From Neocallimastix sp. 'constans' (lineage: Eukaryota): 64,000 nucleotides of DNA. The position numbers and the translations under genes are program-made. The stretch lies in the NCBI GenBank assembly GCA_050613775.1, contig JBODTK010000010.1, forward strand, positions 1,426,001 to 1,490,000, given 5' to 3'. Below the pieces are notes generated by a model. The model searched no databases. It was not told the DNA's origin and worked only from the letters and a program-made list of their open reading frames with translations. Of the stretch, positions 1 through 11,937 are shown in pieces. Within the stretch, counting starts at the first letter, position 1. Every line of letters begins with the position of its first letter.

Positions 1-16
1 AGACAATGATGTCATC

Positions 17-724
17 ATGAAAAATAGTTATTCTAATAATTTGCAACAAGTACCTGAATTTGGATTCTTCTCAGGAAACACTAATGACACAGATTTATTT
101 TGTCAATTATGTGAAGATACTTTCTCAACTTATCCCAACTTAGGATTACCAGAAGAAGTAAAAATAAACTTTGTCAAATCTCGTTTGAGAGACGGTGCAA
201 GAAATTGGTATATTGCTACCTATAACGAGAACAATCATCCAGGAACACTAAAGAAATTATTAAGTGATATAAAGAAAACTTTTACGAATGTTGCAAGTAA
301 AAAATTGGCTAAAATCCAGTTAGTAAAATTAAAACATTCGTATGGGAAAATAAATGATTATATAGAAAAGTTTAGAACGTTAACTACTGGTCTGTCTTGG
401 GACGAAGAAGCTTTAGTCTTATTTTTCTATAATGGACTTCACCCAAAGTTCCAAGAAGAAATAGATAAAATGGAAGAATTCCCTACAAAGATTGGTGATA
501 TTTATACTAAGTGCATCTTATTTGAAAATAATATTAAAAGTAAGGACCAATTAAGAAATAATATTGATAATAAAAATTTGAGAAAGAAACATTCAAGCCT
601 ACATGTAAACAATAGCAAGAATTATAATAATAATAATTATTATTATACTAAAAATAAATCTAGCAATAATTATTTTAATAATAATAACAATAATAATAAT
701 CAACATAATAACCAAAAAAACTAA
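17..724 (+). CDS. gag: Retrotransposon Gag (element 1)
   Basis: Retrotrans_gag-like motifs (SRLRDGARNWY, YIEKFRTL, FYNGLHPK); ends at slippery AAAAAAC-TAA. Confidence 0.9.
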   Translation: MKNSYSNNLQQVPEFGFFSGNTNDTDLFCQLCEDTFSTYPNLGLPEEVKINFVKSRLRDGARNWYIATYNENNHPGTLKKLLSDIKKTFTNVASKKLAKIQLVKLKHSYGKINDYIEKFRTLTTGLSWDEEALVLFFYNGLHPKFQEEIDKMEEFPTKIGDIYTKCILFENNIKSKDQLRNNIDNKNLRKKHSSLHVNNSKNYNNNNYYYTKNKSSNNYFNNNNNNNNQHNNQKN

Positions 725-3700
725 TTGATGGGCTTCAAAAGGAGTCCAGAACATCAAAAAATTTAAAAACAATTTATTATAATTTTCCTACACTTGATTC
801 AATCAATGAATCAAATCTCCCATCTACATTCCTTTTATTCAAATCTTATATTCCTATTAAATTCTTAAATAATTTTTCAATTAAAAATGAAAAAATTCAA
901 AAATTAACTTCTGAATCTATGTTAGATTCAGGATCCTTTTGCAATTTTATCACAGAAAAATTAGTAAATAAATTAAAACTAAATATTCAAAAAACAAAAA
1001 ATAAAATCCTAGTTAAAGGTATTTCAGGCAGAACTACCAAATTAGATCAATTTGTTTGGTTAAATTTTCAAATTAAATTTTTTAAAAATAATAAATTTTA
1101 TTTTCAAGATTTTAAAGAAAAATTTTTAATCTCAAATTGTATTCCTACTGGTTTACTTTTTGGAAATCAGTTTATTAGGAAATTCAAAATACATTACAAT
1201 TATAAAAATAATACCTTATATTCTTATTTAAATTATAATTCTTTAAAAGATCATAAAAATAAATCCATAAAATATAAGGGAAATAATTTTTATTTAAACT
1301 CGTTGAAAAGAAAAATTTTTAAAAATAAATTTTTTAAAAGAAAAATAAAAAATAAATTTTATTATAAAAATTTTTCAAAAAATCGATCAAAAAATAATTC
1401 AAAAAATATCTCCAAAAAATTTAATTTAAAAAATTTAAAAAATTTTTCAAAAAATTCAAAGTTTAATAAATATAAAAATTCTATTAATAAAAATTCTAAA
1501 ATTTATGTATATGTAAAATATTTAAATAAATCTAAAAGTAAATTTTCTTCCAAAAAATTTAACAAAAATCATCGAGATTTATATAATAATAAAAAAGAAT
1601 TTAGTTATAATTTTTTAATATATTGTTTTCTTTCAACTAAAGATAAAGTTGAAATTGAAAATGAGGAATCAAAAGTAGAAGAAATTCCTCATCAATATCA
1701 AGATTTAGCAATCGTATTTAGCAAAAAAGAGGCAGATAAATTACCTCCTCACCGTTTAACCGACTGTAAGATTGTTTTAGAAAAAGACGCTACACTCCAT
1801 TACGGCCCAATTTATCCATTAACTGAAGAAGAATCACAAGTTCTTAAGGACTATATAAAAGAAAATTTAGAAAAAGGATTTATTAGACCATCAGAATCTC
1901 CTGCTGGATATCCTGTCCTTTTTCAAAAGAAAAAAGATGGTTCCCTTCGGTTATGTGTAGACTATAAAAAATTAAATGCAGTAACTATAAGAAATTCATA
2001 TCCTCTCCCTCTAATAACAGATATAATAGAAAAAGTAAAGGGAGCAAAATATTTTACGAAATTGGATTTACGTTCTGCTTATAATTTAATAAGAATTAAA
2101 GAAGGTGATGAATATAAAACTGCGTTTAGAACTAAATATGGTCATTATGAATATTTAGTTATGCCGTTTGGATTAAAAAATGCGCCTGCCACTTTCCAAT
2201 CATTTATTAACTCTATTCTTAGACCATACTTGGAAAAATGTGTAATCTTATATTTAGATGATATTTTAATTTATTCCAAAGATCTAGAGGAACATCATAA
2301 TCAAGTCAGAAACGTCCTTCAAACTTTAATTAATAATAATTTATATGCAAAATTAGAAAAATGTGAATTTGACCAGAATAAAGTTGAATTTTTAGGTTAC
2401 ATTTTATCTGGTGATGGTGTATCTACTGACCCAAAGAAAATTAAATATATAGAAGAGTGGCCAAGACCAGAAAATTTAAAAGATGTTCAAAGATTTATTG
2501 GCCTATGTAATTACTATAGAAGATTTGTTAAAGATTTTGCAAAAATTGCAAAACCTTTACATAATTTAACAAGAAAGAATATTAAATTTTTATGGACGAA
2601 TGAATGTGAATATGCTTTTAAGGAATTAAAGAAAAGATTAATTACTTCTCCAATTCTACTTCATCCTGATATTACAAAACCTTTTATAGTAGAATGTGAT
2701 GCAAGTAATTATGCTATTGGTGCTGTTCTATCTCAAAGGGATAAAGATAATAATTTACATCCAGTAGCATATTATTCTAGAAGTTTACTAAACGCCGAAA
2801 TAAATTATACAATTACTGATAAAGAACTACTCGCTATAAGGGATGCTTTTATTGCTTGGAGACATCTACTTCTTGGTGCTAAATACCAAATTACTGTTTA
2901 TACGGATCATAGGAACTTAATATACACATTAGGAGGAAAGGTTGCAAATCAAAGACAACATAGATGGTACCTTTTCTTCCAAGAATATAATTTTATAATA
3001 AAGTATAGGCAGGGAAACAAAAACGGAAAACCTGACAGTCTATCTAGGAGACCTGATTATATTAGAAACAACATTGAAGAAAAACCTGAAAATATTTTAG
3101 ACATTAAAAATGTTAAAGAATTTCCATGTTTTGTTAGCATTGTTAGTGATCTTTTAGAAAGAATTATTGATGCTACTAAGTCTGACGCTACAGCTGAGGA
3201 TATTCGACTTTACTTTAGTCCTCAAAATGTAAAAAATAATATGTCCTATAAGCCCTTCAGAAAAATGGAAAAGTTTAAAATAAAAGACAATTTAATATTT
3301 TATAATAATCTAGTCTATATTCCTGAAGTTCTCCGACTAGAAATTTTAACTAAGTATCATGAAAAGCCTGCTGCCAGTCATTTAGGAATTAGAAGAACTT
3401 TAGAGTTAATAACAAGAAACTTTTGGTGGCCTAAAATAAAAGAAGATGTAACTAAATATGTAAACTCTTGTCAGTCCTGTGCAAGAAACAAAATAAATAG
3501 GCACAGAAAATATGGTCTTCTACAACCTTTGGATACTCCCGAAAGACCTTGGAAATCTATTGAAATAGACTTTTTATGCGGTCTTCCTGATTCTAAAGGA
3601 TATACAGTAATAATGGTAGTTGTCGATCGTTTTTCTAAAATGATCCACTTAATTCCCTTTAAACAAATACCTGATGCAAAACAAACTGCTAAGGCCTTTA

Positions 3701-4615
3701 TGAATAATATCTTTAAACTACATGGTTTACCTCAAGATATTTATACAAACAGAGGATCACAATTTACAAGTGCTCTTTGGAATGAATTTATGCACTTATT
3801 AAAAATTAAAAATAATATAGCTACCACAGATCATCATGAAACCGTCGGACAAGTTGAAAGGTGTAACTCTTTTATTGAACAATATCTTAGGGCTTATTCA
3901 AGAGCTTATTATCATGATGACTGGATAGATTGGATCTACCTTGCAGAATTTGCATATAATAATTCGGTTAACGAATCTACTAAGGAAACTCCTTTCTTTA
4001 TAAATTATGGGTTCCATCCTTCCATGGACGAATTCTTTTTATTACCTCAAATGGATACTAATTTTAAATATATAAAAAATGTAAATACTAGTTTTAATCA
4101 CATTAAAGACGTCTTACTACGTTCCAAAGAATTATATAAAAGGCATGCTGATAAGAAAAGATTAGAACCCCCTGTTTTTAAAGAAGGTGACTTAGTATGG
4201 GTTCAAAGTCCTCCTTCTCTTAATATCGAAGATTATTCTTAATTATCACCTTGTAAGTACGGACCCTATAAAGTACTTGAAGCTTTAGATAATAATAATT
4301 ATAAAATAGATTTAAAAAGATCTCCTTTCCCTAAACACCATCCAATATTCCATATATCTGAGCTCGAGCCTTTCATTCCTACTCCTCCAGAATATAGAAA
4401 AAGAAGATCTCATAATGAATCTATTAAAGATATTATAGAAATAGCAGGATTTAGGACCAATTATAAGAAAAAAATGTTATGAATATCGTGTAAGGTATAA
4501 ATATAAAAATTCATACGATTGGGTTCCTTCAGAAGAAGTTGAAAATAACCCAAGAAATCAAGAGATTTATTTATTATATTTAAAGAATGGAAGGAAGCTT
4601 ACTTCGATAGCTTAT

Positions 4616-4621
<6 letters not shown>
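721..4621 (+). pseudogene. pol: Pol (protease, RT, RNase H, integrase, GPY/F, chromodomain) of element 1, disrupted
   Basis: Frame is open from 721; LDSGS protease, YLDD RT, ECDAS RNase H, HHCC integrase. Premature TAA at 4240-4242 is followed in frame by LSPCKYGPYKV...HPIFHISELEP. An extra A in the run at 4468-4474 shifts the chromodomain-like YEYRVRYKYKNSYDWVPSEEV. Integrase D>N (TNRG, 3748-3750). Confidence 0.88.
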
Positions 4622-4674
<53 letters not shown>

Positions 4675-5240
4675 TGGAAAATTTATTTTTTATTATTAAT
4701 TTTTAACTTTTACTTTATTATTATCTATTTTTTTAGTTAATTTTAATTTTTCAATATTTCTAAAATGAAATTTCAATTTCAAAATTTCAAAATTCAAAAA
4801 TTCAAAAAATATAGCTATATTACACTCTTAACAATCAATTAATAATTCAACATAATCAAAATTTTATAAATTATTATAATTTTCATTTTTTTAAAATTTA
4901 ATGCAACAAATTAAGAAGTTAATTGAAATTAAATTTCAAAATTTCAATTTCAAAAATTCTATATCAAATTCATTCAAAAATGGTACCATTATATTCACAA
5001 CCATCAATTTTATTAACTAAATTTTAATTTTACTAAATTTTAGAAATTTCAAAATTTCAATGAAATGGTCACTTGAAATGGGGTTTTTTATAAAAATTTA
5101 AAAGGACTTAAGTGACCTTCTTCCTTTGAAATTAAAAAATTTTTTAATTTATGAAATTTCAAAATTTTTTTAATAAAAATTTAGACCTCCATATCGTTAC
5201 ACAAAAAACCGTCTTGAATCCGATTTTTATGGGAGGGCGT

Positions 5241-5965
5241 TGTTGAAATTATAACTGAATTGAAATCTCAATTTCAGTTATTTACATTTCAATAATTAAA
5301 AATATTATTTATTTAATTATAAATAATATATATAAATAATATATATATTTAAATAATTAATAATTAATATAAATTCTTGTTTAATATTTAAAGGGTTATC
5401 TTAGGCCTAATAATTCTGAGAATATTAATAAATAAGGTTTATATTAATAATTAATTTCAATGATACATTTGACGTCACGTGTATTTTATTTATATTATGT
5501 TTTTATATATGTTTACAACATATCTATATTAAATTCAATTATTCAAATTAATTATATAATTAAATTTATCCTTATATTTTATTAATATTTATATTACTAT
5601 ATTATTACTATCTTATAATTAAATATTATTATTATGTAACTTACAAAGTATAAAAGAAAGATGTAAAAATCTATCTTTTATGTTCTTTGTAAGGTTATTG
5701 TAAAATTACCTTAATAGTAATATATTATAGATATTTTATTATTAAATAAAATCAATAAATTTAAAATCAAATTAATTTGATAATTCTAATTATCAAAGTT
5801 TATTATAAATAAATTTTCATTAAACTAAACATTTAAATATTTATTATTATTATTATATATCTATATAGTATATTACTATATAGACATATCGACTTAGTGA
5901 ATATTTTTATTAAAACATATTATTTTATTTAAATTTAAATTATAAATTATATCAAAATCTTAACA
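5241..5965 (+). repeat. 3' LTR of element 1
   Basis: TG...CA termini with imperfect inverted ends, preceded by a PPT; the partner LTR is not in the window, so the 3' boundary is taken from the junction with the LTR remnant at 5966. Confidence 0.7.
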
Positions 5966-6019
5966 TTTAGATTTAATTATTATTCGTTATTTTAGTTAAT
6001 AATAAATTTACCTTTTACA
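5966..6019. repeat. Terminal 54-bp remnant of an LTR of the same family as 6025-6581, interrupted by element 1
   Basis: Matches 6528-6581 with 1 mismatch; ends in TTTTACA and is followed by TTTTC. Confidence 0.75.
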
Positions 6020-6024
6020 TTTTC

Positions 6025-6581
6025 TGTAACAGATACATGGTAACTTCAAGCCTATCCAATGATAGTTCTTTGGTTACGTAACGTATCTCTAAACAGCTAG
6101 CAATTTCGGCTAATCAAATAAAATCTTTTGTTACTTTCGTACATTAAATTTTATTATTTTATAAATAATTATATAGTTAAATATTTATTTAAATATATTT
6201 TATTTAGTGATTAGTAAACTAAGTTAAATTAAATTATTTACCAATCATAATATTATTGACATGTATAAATAATAATTGAACTTGTAACTGTAACGCACTA
6301 GCGTTACTATTAACGTAAATTGTTATTATAAATATTAATATTGATAAATAAAAATATAATTATTAAATAAAAAATATTACTCAGTGTAAGCCCAGTAACT
6401 GATAACAAATAGAGTTATAAAGTGCTGCGCTATACTCTAGTGTAAAAAGAAATAATAATTATAGAATTAATTAATTTAGTGTTTATTATTAACAACTCGA
6501 ATAGAGAGGTGTTAAGTTATCTTAGCCTTTAGATTTAATTATTATTCGTTATTTTAGTTAATAATAAACTTACCTTTTACA
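6025..6581. mobile_element. Probable solo LTR (family X)
   Basis: TGTAA...TTACA inverted termini; flanked by TTTTC at 6020-6024 and, once element 2 is removed, TTTTC at 12850-12854. Confidence 0.7.
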
Positions 6582-7381
6582 TTGATACGATATATTTTAA
6601 ATATTCGTATTTACAATAGTTTTGGGCGCTACACTGGGGAATTGTATTAAATTATATATTCTAATAATAATATTAATTATTTTATTTAATTATTTAAAAT
6701 TTTTATTTTAGGATATTTGTTTTGTAATATTTTATTTTTATTTTATTTTATTTTTATTTTATTTTATTTTATTTTATTTTATTTTTATCATATTAATTAA
6801 CTATTAATAATTATAATTTAATTATAATATTCTACAATTAATTACTTAAACAACTAATTTTATTAAAACTAATAACTAAACTACTATCTTAACTAATTAA
6901 AACATTTTTCTTATATTAAATCAACTATTACTAATTAACATATATCAATAATTTATTAACAAAAACATTTTTTTTTTTTATAATATTTTTATATATTTTT
7001 TTTTATAATTATTATCTCTATATTAAATCATAATTGTTATATTTTATATAAACATTAATATAAAAGTTTATATTATAATAATTAAATTTTATACTATAAT
7101 AATATTATTTTATATGATTTATAATTAATATAATTCATCATTTTTATATAATTAATTTTATAATAATATATATTTTACAAACTTTATATAATTAATATAA
7201 TTTAATAATAATTTTAAAATATCATTATTTTTCTTTTCATCTTGTATCAGAACGCCCACGCTTTAGATCAGACTTCGTCCCTTGAAGTCTAAAGAATATT
7301 TGTATGAAATAATAAATTTTAAAATTTATAAGGCATTATTTTTTTTTTTTTTTTTTTGTAATATAATTATATGATTATTAT

Positions 7382-7444
<63 letters not shown>

Positions 7445-7488
7445 GTAGTGATTTATTTTAAACTATTATTATTTTTTAAATATTAATA

Positions 7489-8692
7489 TTAATCAGTGAT
7501 TTCTACAAAACTACTTATATAAGGAATAACATTTTTGAGATGTATATTTCTTTCGGCAACTTCATTAGTAATTGGATCACAAACTGTAACAGTATTAAAT
7601 TGTTGCTTAACTATTTTTAATGGTCCAATAAAATAAGGGTCCAATTTTCTTCTATTAAAATTCCTGATTAATACTAAATCTCCAGGTTTAAATTCACTTC
7701 TTAATCTTTTAATTTGTTTTCTTCTATCTTTCCATAGTTCATTAGCAGTTTCTATATTCCGAATAGCTTCATTAATCCATTTATTATGTGTAATAAATTT
7801 TCTTAAATAATATTCTTCATCAGTTTCATCTTCATGTTTTTGATCAACATTAATTGTAAGTTCGAAAGGTTGCAAATCCCTTCTACCATAAAGTAATTCA
7901 AAACTGCTATACTTTGTTACTTCATTCTTAGCTGTTCTAAGCGCCCATAAAGCACTAGGTAGAATATCATCCCAATCTTTATTATTTTTTCCTAAAAGTC
8001 GCAAATATTTTCCAATTTCTCTATTTCTATTCTCAACTTCTCCATTAGAAGGTGGATGATACGTAGCCACATTATGTACATATACATCATGCAAATCGAG
8101 AAAAGCTTTAGTTTTATCTGAAATAAGTTGTGGGCCATTATCTGTAATTAATAACTCTGGTATTCCATGCCTCGAAAACACATTAATTAAAAATCTTATT
8201 ACATCTTCAGATTCTGTTTTTTCTAATGGTTCAGCTTCCACCCATTTGGTAAGGTAGTCAACTAATATTATGATATATCTATTTCCTCTAGCAGTTGTAT
8301 ATAATGGACCAACTAAATCTAAACCAACTCTTGTGAAAGGCAATCCTGGTGGTGTTGGAATATCTTCAGGGTATTTATTTTGAGGCTGTGGCTTATACAT
8401 TTGACATTTCTTACAACATTTTATAAATATTTTTATATCTTTATTCATTCCTTTCCAAAAGTAATCTCTTTTTAATCTATGATAGGTTTTATAACAACCT
8501 TCATGTCCTATGTTATGTGCTAAATTAATTAATTTCCATTTTTCTTTTTCATCAAAAATTACTCTTCTTAAATTATTATTTTGTTTATAATAAATAATCC
8601 CATCTATTTCTACAAATTTTTGTTTTATATAATTATCAATAAAATCATTTAAAAATTTTTTATCATTATTATTATTTTCATTATTATTTATT

Positions 8693-8760
<68 letters not shown>

Positions 8761-9733
8761 GATATTATTAGAATTGTCATTATTGTTAATATTATTATTA
8801 TAATCATCAATATTAATATTATGATTATTATTATTATTATAATTTAAATTATTTGGATCATCCTCTAAATTCATATTATCTTCATCTCGAATATTTCCAT
8901 TATTATTAATTTCAATAATATCTGGATTTTCTCTAAAATTAACCTTTTTTGTAGAAGAAAGATATTCACCTTCAATTATTTTATTATTATTTAGTTCCTC
9001 ATTATTATTACTATCATTATAATTATCATTATTATTATTTATTTGTTTCATGGCTGGAGTGTGAATAGGAACTGGATTATCTTTGAGATGAAGCCTTTGT
9101 GTTTCTTTATAAGGCCCCTTATATTTTTCTTTATTTTGTTTCCCTTTTCTCTGAGCAGCAAAAACAACTTCATCCTGGAATTCTTCATTGGTATCTCTTA
9201 AATAAACATTATTATTATTATTTTTATTATAATTGTTATTATAATAATCATTTTTTTCATTATCATTATCCTTAATATTATTATTACAATGATTATTACA
9301 ATTATTATAATGATTATTATTATCATCGATATAATAATCATTATTATCATTTCTCATATTAACATTATCACTATTACATTTCATAATACTATTATTATAA
9401 TTATAATTATAGTTATTGTAATTTTTATAATTATTATTATGATTGTAATTATTAGTATCGTTATTATTATAATTATCATTACTATAATCACTATTACTAT
9501 AATTATTATTAAGATTCTTATTGTTATAATTACTATTATTATTATTAATATTAACATTATTATTAATATCACTATTATTATTAATATTACTATTATTATT
9601 ATTAATATAACTATGACTATTATTATTATAATTATTGTTATTAATATTACCTCGATTATTATAATCATCATTATTATAATTATTACCATTATTAACAAAA
9701 TTATAATTATTATTATAACTACTATTATGATTA

Positions 9734-9764
<31 letters not shown>

Positions 9765-10130
9765 AACTATTACTATTATTATCATTATTGTAACGATTAT
9801 TAATGTAATTATTATTATATGTGTAATTATTATTTTTGTTATTTTTATGGTTATTGTTATTATTAAAGTTATTGTTATTATTAGTATTATTGTTATTGTT
9901 ACAATTTGGTTTATTGCAATAATTATTATTACTATTATAATTATCATAAATATTATAATTATTATAATTATTATTATCATTATCATTGGAATTAGTATTA
10001 AAATTATCTTTTCTATTAACTAAATAAATATTCTCATTGTTTTTATAGTTGTTGTCTTTATTCTTGATATCCATTTCTTCATTATTTCCATAATTTTCAT
10101 TTCTTTCATTATTATTAATTAGTAAATTAT

Positions 10131-10173
<43 letters not shown>

Positions 10174-10348
10174 TTTTAATATTCTTATAATATATATTAT
10201 TTTCATTATAATTATTAGGTTCATTAATATTATTATTATTATTATTATAATGATTATGGAAGTTATCATTACAATAATTGTCGTTGTTTATACATAAAAG
10301 GGTGGTTTGTTTACTGGAAGTTGGCCTTCTCCCATAATCTATTTTAAA
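7489..10348 (-). CDS. Asn-rich linker + integrase (element 2 ORF2), probably translated by -1 frameshift from gag
   Basis: AHNIGHEG...CKKC zinc finger, GLDLVGP / ITDNG / GEVENRN DDE triad intact, FIGPL GPY/F-like motif. The -1 frame from the slip site is open up to the poly(A) run at ~10133-10171, where it is one base out of phase with ORF 7489-10269. Confidence 0.8.
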
Positions 10349-11937
10349 TTGCTATCGCTTCTAATATTTTGCTGATGAGGATTTTGATTATCAAAGTACC
10401 TAGGATTACTTTTATTTCTTATTTCCTCCATATTTCTTGCATTGTTGTAGTTATCATTGTTATAGTTGTCATAATTAGTATTATTAGTATTATAATTATT
10501 ATTTCCATAATTACTATTACTATTATAATTATTATTTCTATTATAATTATTATTGTTATTATACATATTATTGTTATTATAATTATTATTGTTATAATTG
10601 CTATTAATATAATTATTATTGCTATAATTGTTATTATTATAATTATTATTGTTATTATAATTATTTTTTCCTCTATTGTTGTTGTTCCTAAAATTATAAT
10701 TACCATTGTTAATATTATTATTATTGGAATTATTATTATAGTTACCAAAATTATTATTATTATTATTATTACTGTTATTGAAATTATTATTATTATTATT
10801 ATTGTTACTGTTATTGAAATTATTATAATTACTATTATTGCTACTATTAATACTACTGTTATAGAAATTATTATAATTATTATTATTGTTATTATAATTA
10901 CTGTTATAATTATTATTACCATATAGAGTATTATAATTATTATTATTATTATTATTAATATTATAATTATTTCCATTATTTCCGTTATTAAACATTCTAT
11001 TTCCATTATTATTATAATTATTTTCATTATAAAATCCAGAATTAAATTTTCCGAAGGTCATTAATTGATTCTGATCCTGACTATAATTAAGAGATTTATT
11101 TTTATTTCTTAAATTTCTTTTGTTACATTCTCTTGCTTTGTGACCTGGTTCGCCACAGAGGTAGCAAGTAAAATTTCTAAATTGATTATTATTATTGTTG
11201 TTATTATTATACCTTGAATTAAATCTTTCTTGACGATATCGACCAGTAGAAAACAGATCAGCATTGCCCACATAATACGTATTTTGTATAGAATTATCTA
11301 AATCCCTATTTCCTTCGGTCAATCCTCTATATAATGGATGTTCTAATAAAGAATTTTGACAATTAGAATTATTTTGGAAGACCATAGAAGTGTTGAGAAA
11401 TTCATTATTTCCTATGGTCCTTTTTTCGGCTTTCTCGGCTCTTACAGCCACTTCAAAAGCATCCGACAAGGTATCACGTTCGGCTAAGAGAATTTGAGAA
11501 TGAACATATATTCTTGATTTTATTGAATTTAAATAATCATCGACTGATATAATCTTCTGATAATCTCTATCTAATCGATGATACAAGGTTAAATAACGGT
11601 AGTTAAAATTCTTTATATTTTCATTTGGTTTTATTTTCAGATTTTTTAAAACTGAGCATTTATCAGCTGGTTTTATATCCATATACTTTTCAATAGCTGA
11701 TTGCACTTCTTTATAGTTTGGATACCTTGTGATATTATTCCGAGTGGTTACTAATGATTTCAAAACGTTCCTCAAGTCAGCCTCCACGGCTATTTTTAGC
11801 CATACAAAAATTCTAGATGAATCTTGGATGTCATGCATTTCCATGACACCCTTAAAATCTTCTATCCATGTGTCTATGTCTTTACCATAGTCACATAGAT
11901 ATGGTAGATCACGTTTTACTTTGGAAGCGTCAACCAT
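10339..11937 (-). CDS. gag: Gag with zinc knuckle and long Asn-rich C-terminus (element 2)
   Basis: CYLCGEPGHKAREC (CX2CX4HX4C); lies just downstream of the PBS. Confidence 0.88.
   Translation of the reverse strand: MVDASKVKRDLPYLCDYGKDIDTWIEDFKGVMEMHDIQDSSRIFVWLKIAVEADLRNVLKSLVTTRNNITRYPNYKEVQSAIEKYMDIKPADKCSVLKNLKIKPNENIKNFNYRYLTLYHRLDRDYQKIISVDDYLNSIKSRIYVHSQILLAERDTLSDAFEVAVRAEKAEKRTIGNNEFLNTSMVFQNNSNCQNSLLEHPLYRGLTEGNRDLDNSIQNTYYVGNADLFSTGRYRQERFNSRYNNNNNNNNQFRNFTCYLCGEPGHKARECNKRNLRNKNKSLNYSQDQNQLMTFGKFNSGFYNENNYNNNGNRMFNNGNNGNNYNINNNNNNNYNTLYGNNNYNSNYNNNNNNYNNFYNSSINSSNNSNYNNFNNSNNNNNNNNFNNSNNNNNNNFGNYNNNSNNNNINNGNYNFRNNNNRGKNNYNNNNNYNNNNYSNNNYINSNYNNNNYNNNNMYNNNNNYNRNNNYNSNSNYGNNNYNTNNTNYDNYNNDNYNNARNMEEIRNKSNPRYFDNQNPHQQNIRSDSNLK

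Larger units (their letters stand above)
1..5965 (+). mobile_element. Ty3/Gypsy chromovirus-type LTR retrotransposon (element 1); 5' LTR lies outside the window; defective
   Basis: gag then PR-RT-RH-IN-chromodomain order; purine tract GGGAGGG at 5231-5237 just before the 3' LTR TGTTGA...TTAACA (5241-5965). Confidence 0.9.

Noticed and set aside
10172..10269. Apparent hydrophobic signal or TM N-terminus MITSIIIII of ORF 7489-10269
   Set aside because: It is the shifted frame of an Asn-rich stretch upstream of a poly(A) run; the frame entered from the gag slip site reads DNFHNHYNNN.
9289..11027. Poly-Ile ORFs (9289-10023, 9381-9986, 10369-10926, 10419-11027)
   Set aside because: Alternate-frame or antisense readings of AAT repeats within element 2 ORFs.
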